Positions 58,516 through 64,000 of a stretch of DNA of 64,000 nucleotides are shown in pieces. The DNA lies in assembly GCA_043228905.1 (NCBI GenBank), contig JBHGNT010000014.1:10540001-10604000 (forward strand), given 5' to 3'. Both the position numbers and the translations under genes were made by a program. Source of the stretch: Azolla caroliniana. Its lineage: Eukaryota > Plantae > Polypodiophyta. The notes beneath the pieces are model-generated. The model saw only the letters and a list, made by a program, of their open reading frames with translations. It was not told where the DNA came from and ran no database searches. How positions within the stretch are numbered: the first letter of the stretch is position 1; the number at the start of each line of letters is the position of its first letter.

Positions 58516-58906
58516 GGAATGAGACCAAGAGACTCTTCTTTGTCCCTTATAGAAGACATTACGTGGTGATGCACAATGTGAAAGGATTCTTTTTGTTCAT
58601 AATGTGGACATCCCCATCAATTGGATGTAACAAATGATTGCTTATATATAGATTTATAAATTTTTCCTCAATAAAATTCTCAATTAGTTATAAGCATGTA
58701 AACACTCGTGTAGTAGTAATGCTTGTGCTTTGCAAACTTGAAGGTTGTAGGTTCAAGTCTTGGGGAAAGCTGTGTATTGCATTATAACAAAACTCCTCTT
58801 GTTTTTGTTTACACAATAAATTTGGTACAGCCTTGCAAATGGAGATCAAACACTACTTGATGTTAGTCTGTAAGAATGCTAATTTCTCATTTACTGTTAA
58901 AAACAG

Positions 58907-59231
58907 GAATGTACAGAAATGGTAATGCGGATGAGTGGCAATCTTAGCAATAGCATGTTCCCTCTCGGTGTATTTGATTTGAAGCAATATGAAGAAAATT
59001 GCTTTAAACAGTTTGGTGTAAAGCCCAAGCCTACATGGATCACAGATGAATTTGGAGGCCATGTAATTAATAAGGTCATATAGTTTACAACCGCCAGAAA
59101 TCATATGCTTTTTTCACTAAACAAGAAATATGATTATGACAATGACTGCAGCACATCCAAGAACCTCTCAAAAACTTTGGGAGCAACATAGTATTCTCCA
59201 ATGGTTTATTAGATCCATGGAGTGGAGGCGG
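58907..59231 (+). pseudogene. Two-exon fragment of a peptidase S28 (lysosomal Pro-X carboxypeptidase-like) gene; exons 58907-59062 and 59152-59231
   Basis: CTEMVM...SMFP...C..QFGVKPKPTWITDEFGGH | ...NFGSNIVFSNGLLDPWSGGG. The second donor reads AT instead of GT. No other exons were recognised. Confidence 0.85.
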
Positions 59232-61189
59232 ATGAGTTCCTAGCTGTATTTTGTTTATTGGTTTATAGCCTCTCCTCCCAAAAGTTTCTTTAAAAAAGAA
59301 AATCTTAGGCAGGGTTTTACATAACATTTGTAGCACAATAGTTACTGTGGTGACCAAGAATGGTGAGATTAAGGAGGCTCAGTATATGAGAATGTGGAAA
59401 ACATGCTTTGATTTGACTTGAATATATGGTAGGTCTATGTGAGTTCTAAAACTTCTGCAGCATTACTATGTATATATATATGTGTGTGTGTGTGTGTACA
59501 TTATACAGAGAAATGCACAGCAAACTCGTAAAATCGAGCTATGTCTATGATACTGTAACATAAATGCAAGGATCCCTTAACTTTACCTTGACAATAACCA
59601 TTGAGTCTATTTATGCTTGTGAACGTTGAATGTATTGATGAAGGTGTAATCAAGCTAATAAATAATGGTACGCATCGTGAAAGGCATGTGTTTAGTTTCT
59701 GACCTCCTTAAGCTCATTAAGGGGGTTGGAATATACGAAATTGCTCGAGAGGATGAGGAGCCTGCTTTAGAATTGTTCAGTAATATTTCTAGCTTAATTA
59801 TAATTACAAATTTTGGCGTCCACAAAGAGGCCAAACCTTGATCCATGGGAACTAACTACATAAATTTTCTTGATATCTATCTTTCCTAAGAAGGGATATT
59901 CATGCTTTGGAGCAAAAAGTTTCTGTGTGGATTAAATAGTGCACTCAGATATGGCACCTAAGTTATCACACCCTCTTAAAATGTCATCAAATGTCTCATG
60001 AATTTCACCTGAATTTTGTGAGTAGTTTTGATCAGGGATTGGCTGTTTTTTGCAAACTTCTTTTACCTAAAAGGTGGGGCCAATACACTTGAAAGGTATG
60101 CACAACCATAATATCTGAAGTACTAATACTTCTCAAGTTAGAAGATAATTGGCATTGATGATGTGGAAAATGCACAAGGGCATATTCTAGACACACCATT
60201 TGGTCCACCATTCAACCCAAATAATCTCAATATTAATCTACTTGTAAAGAACATTATTCTTTTAATAGAAAACCTGTGCACTATACATGTGAAAGGCCTA
60301 TGGGAACAATAAACGCGAGTGAAAATTCAGTATGCTGCATTAACTCATCGAAGATCAGTTAGTATTTACCAGTTAGAATTTACCTAGTACCAGCAAGCTG
60401 ACCACATTGAGAGGTTCAAAATGTTGATGTTAAAAGAGGTAGAATAACAAGAATGTGTTGCACATTAAGTCAAGATTAACTAGGGATCTAGACGCAACTC
60501 TGCATCCACTCAATTTTTCCTGTCTATATTTCAAGCATTCGAAGCTTTTGATTGGGCAAACATTATAAATACTCATGACCTTGATCTTTTGAACAGTTAA
60601 AACTTATCTAATCTTACAATCTAGGAACTTATCCATATACTTGGCTCCCCTTACTGTTTGGAGTTTTTTATAGCACACAGGTGTTTCTAACCCATTTAAA
60701 TACATTTAGACTAACGGTTTATTTACAGCTCAGATTGACTGTGACCAATAACTTCAAAGTCAAGTGACTGTTTCCAACACGACCTTTTTTACATCAATAG
60801 TTTCATTTACAACATATGCCTCAGTCTTCGTGCTCAGCTTTCAAAGCAAGTGAGAAACAGAAAAACGAATACAGTCAATTGTGGCAGTAATAGTTTCATT
60901 TACAACAATATATGCCCCCAGGCCCGTATCTTCAAGGTTCATGTACAAAGTAACCCAAACCATAAACAAGGCAAATACCACATGTGAACAATAAAGAGGT
61001 AAAGTTAGAATAATCGTCAGAATCTTTTTAAGATTTTCATTAATGCACTGTGAGCATTAAGAACCACAAAGAACACATCACCAGTATCTGTGGAGTTGCC
61101 AACTAATATAGGTCATACATTACTATGACTAGGAGGCTTTCCTTTACTTGTGCTGCGTGCATGCATAATCTCCCAAAAAATTATAACTT

Positions 61190-63091
61190 TCACGAGTGTT
61201 TTCCTCCTGCTTCTACATGTTCCCATTCAGCCTCCCCTTTCAAACATATCACCTGCTTATCTAAGTCAACTGGCCTTAGGCATATTATTTCTACTTCATC
61301 TGCCTCACTATCCCAATCTTCCTGGCTGTCACAGTTCATCAGGTACTTTGCATTTGTATTACCCAATGCATAATATGATGTTCCATTCCAAGAAGGGATT
61401 TTCTCAGCAACAGCATTATCTCGAGATACCCTACTCTGATCTCCTTTCATAGCATATACTGAACACTCGGAAGAGTCATTACAATCTGAAAGAGGCTCAT
61501 CTTCTTCACTGCAACTCATATTTACGCCGAGCTTTGGCCTTGCCAGAAGCATTGAAAGTCGACAAGCGATATCACTTTGCAAATTCTTAGGATATTCAAT
61601 TGTGTCTCCCTTTTTCAGCAACGATGCAGTTATATGTGGCTCAGTGCTATTTTCTTTATCCAGATATGCTTGATTCATTGGTGCATCCATGTCTTCAGTT
61701 GTCATAATGTCTGATTGAACAAGTTTAGTTGACCTGACACAATCTGTATGCACCGTACTTCCCTTGATTAAATCTTCTCCTGAAATCTCAGTATGTTCAA
61801 CATCTTCAGGTTCCTTGCAGTAGTGGGTATGGCACTTAATGTGAGAAGAATCTGTACCATTATCAACAACTGCAGCAATATGAGCTAAAACAGGGAAATA
61901 CTAATGACAGTATAAGCATAAAGCAGTGTAATGAACAAAAAAACACAAATTTCCATCAGACTGAAATACCTGTATCTTTAAGTTTCTGAAATTGTTTCTT
62001 TATGCCTTCTACTTCAGCATTAATTTTCAGTACTTGTAATTTAGAAGCCTCCAGTTCATTATGTGCCTCATACCAAAGTTTCTTATACATGGAAACAGTG
62101 GCATTGCTTTCCGAACGTTCATAGGCTATATCATCCTGCAATTGCATAAGGTTACTTCTCATCTCTGATATTTGCTGCTTGATAGATGCATTCTCATCTT
62201 CTAGGTTAAATTTTGCATGAATAGTTGGGATAGTTTTATGAACTTCAGCTCCCTGAGTTTTTCGAGAAAGACTAGTCTGAAATTGATGTGGCATAGTTCC
62301 TTGGTGCAGAAAACTAAGAATACTTTGTGCATCCACATCATCCTTCAACCCATTGGTGCTAAAATCATCTTCTAAGCTCTCCTGGCATTATACAAAGTGT
62401 TAAATCCCATTCGAAATAATGCAACAAATCATGACATGATTTAAAGAAGATAGCCATGGATGAACCTGATTGATCTCCAATATCGAATTGTCATTCTCAT
62501 TTGTATGCAATTTTTGTAAAAGACTGAGAGAGAGCATATAAATCGACTTCTCCATGGCCAAGTCACTTTGACCAGAACCTCTATTTATATAACCAGATTT
62601 GCTCCTTAAGATCACCTTGGAGAGATGATAGATGCTTTTCATTACCAATTGGTATCCATCCAATCCTAGCATGGCTTGACCATTGTCTAAACCAATATTT
62701 TCATGCACTGAAGTAGCAATAGTATGTATATCTTCCACAGAAGGTTGACAGGTTTTACTTTCAGTAGACAGGATTTTCTGATTACCAGCATCACTCAAAT
62801 CTAATAAAGTGGCATTTTTGCATTTTACAGAGTGATTTTCTTTGGTAACTGGATCTGCAAGGCCTTTTACAGTAGGCAGAGACTTAGATGAGGTAGACGG
62901 AGAAGTACATCTAACATCTTTCAGTGAATCGCGACTGTTTTGTGAATTTGAGGAAATGTTGACAGTGTCCTTTATGCAAATATTGTTTCCAACTTGACTC
63001 TTATACTTATGATTGTTTATATCGCTGTTTTGTGTTTGAAACGAACACTTGCCTTCGTTCTTTGCAACCTCTTCTTTAGCACGCCTATCAT
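61190..63091 (-). CDS. 3' exons of an uncharacterised plant protein (AT3G49490-like from memory); exons 63091-62466, 62381-61970, ~61884-61190
   Basis: GT-AG joins fuse ORFs 62400-63131, 61956-62348 and 61190-61753 in frame. Motifs YKKLWYEA plus coiled coil and C-terminal EWEHV. The 5' exons lie outside the window or were not recognised. Confidence 0.75.
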
Positions 63092-63449
63092 CTGCAGGGG
63101 CATGCAAAGATAAAACAATAAGGAAATTCAATTATAGAATATGATATATAATGTTCATCTTCTCTATAAATATGGAAGGAAAACAACACTTTTTATTATT
63201 GATATTGTTGAAACAAACCACAACTACTAACAAGGTTCCTGATTCCTACTTTCATGAATAGAAACTCAGTATAAAAATGTCTAGGCAGACCACAACTACT
63301 AAGACAATAAAGTAATACAATGTCCAATGGCTGTTGTGAACTCTTAAAACTAGACATTCTGATAGAATTCTGACTAGGGAAGTTTCTGAATAGAGATGAT
63401 TGGCAAGCCCAAACATGCCTAGCAATGAACATCACAGAAAATGTCCAAT

Positions 63450-63960
63450 GCACGTTTTGTTATGTGAAACATCCACCTTACTAGGTTAATGGTCTCAATA
63501 TGACTTATTCAGCATAATCTGTAATAATCTTTGCACCAATCATAGGAGAAGGATTATTGTTTGTGTAAATATTGTTGCATGTGATCACGATCTATAAATG
63601 CCCAGGAAGACTATATGTGCACTCCATGTTCTTAGAATCCACTAACAAGAGGACAATCTTTCTTTGGATCACCAATCAAGATTGACGCTCACGATGAGTT
63701 TGGGGTTTAAAGGATCTCATGCGAGAGATTTGAGGATTGAAGTTTGCTGCACACAATCAATGCACATTGGAATCTACCTCAATCTCCAAGATACTCTTCC
63801 TAAAGTTCAAATGTTCACTGATAAGTATCAATATTGCAAAATAAAGTTTAGAAGCAAATTGCTTCACCTGGAATTTGCAGGTGCAAGAGGAGTCAATGTT
63901 ATCAATATAAACAGCCACAAAGTTGTCTAGATGTTCTAAAATGTTACAATATTATGGAGC
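63450..63960 (-). mobile_element. Possible highly decayed gypsy RT remnant in an intron
   Basis: Minus strand LEHLDNFVAVYIDNI resembles the YxDD region; nothing else is convincing. Confidence 0.35.
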
Positions 63961-64000
63961 CAATAGTAACCTCTAGATTTTCCATCTCAAATAAACTTTC

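Overview
Eukaryotic nuclear DNA, most likely from a non-seed land plant (inferred from plant-type tRNAs, a plastid rRNA relic, spliced plant genes and the retrotransposon lineages). Positions 1-48.4 kb are a transposon-rich block built on a decayed ~1.4-kb tandem repeat that carries divergently oriented tRNA-Thr(AGT) and tRNA-Asn(GTT) pseudogenes. Inserted in the repeat are a Tf2/Tcn1-like gypsy element, a tiny tRNA-Ala-primed LTR element, and a three-deep nest: copia (9132-30484) > Trp-primed gypsy (11271-27240) > Arg-primed gypsy (17011-26873). The Trp-primed element has a likely 4-bp TSD and a candidate -1 frameshift signal after its protease. The Arg-primed element has a ~900-codon accessory ORF. 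Next come a degenerate Sola2-like transposase gene whose intron holds a 72-bp hairpin-unit satellite, more copia and gypsy fragments, and a young full-length copia (41867-47545). Positions 48.4-64 kb are gene space: a two-exon ABCG half-transporter, a four-exon PsaN-like thylakoid lumen protein missed by the ORF track, an old plastid 23S rRNA insertion, a two-exon peptidase S28 fragment, and the 3' exons of an uncharacterised plant protein. Family assignments come from recognising motifs by eye. Identity figures are approximate hand counts.
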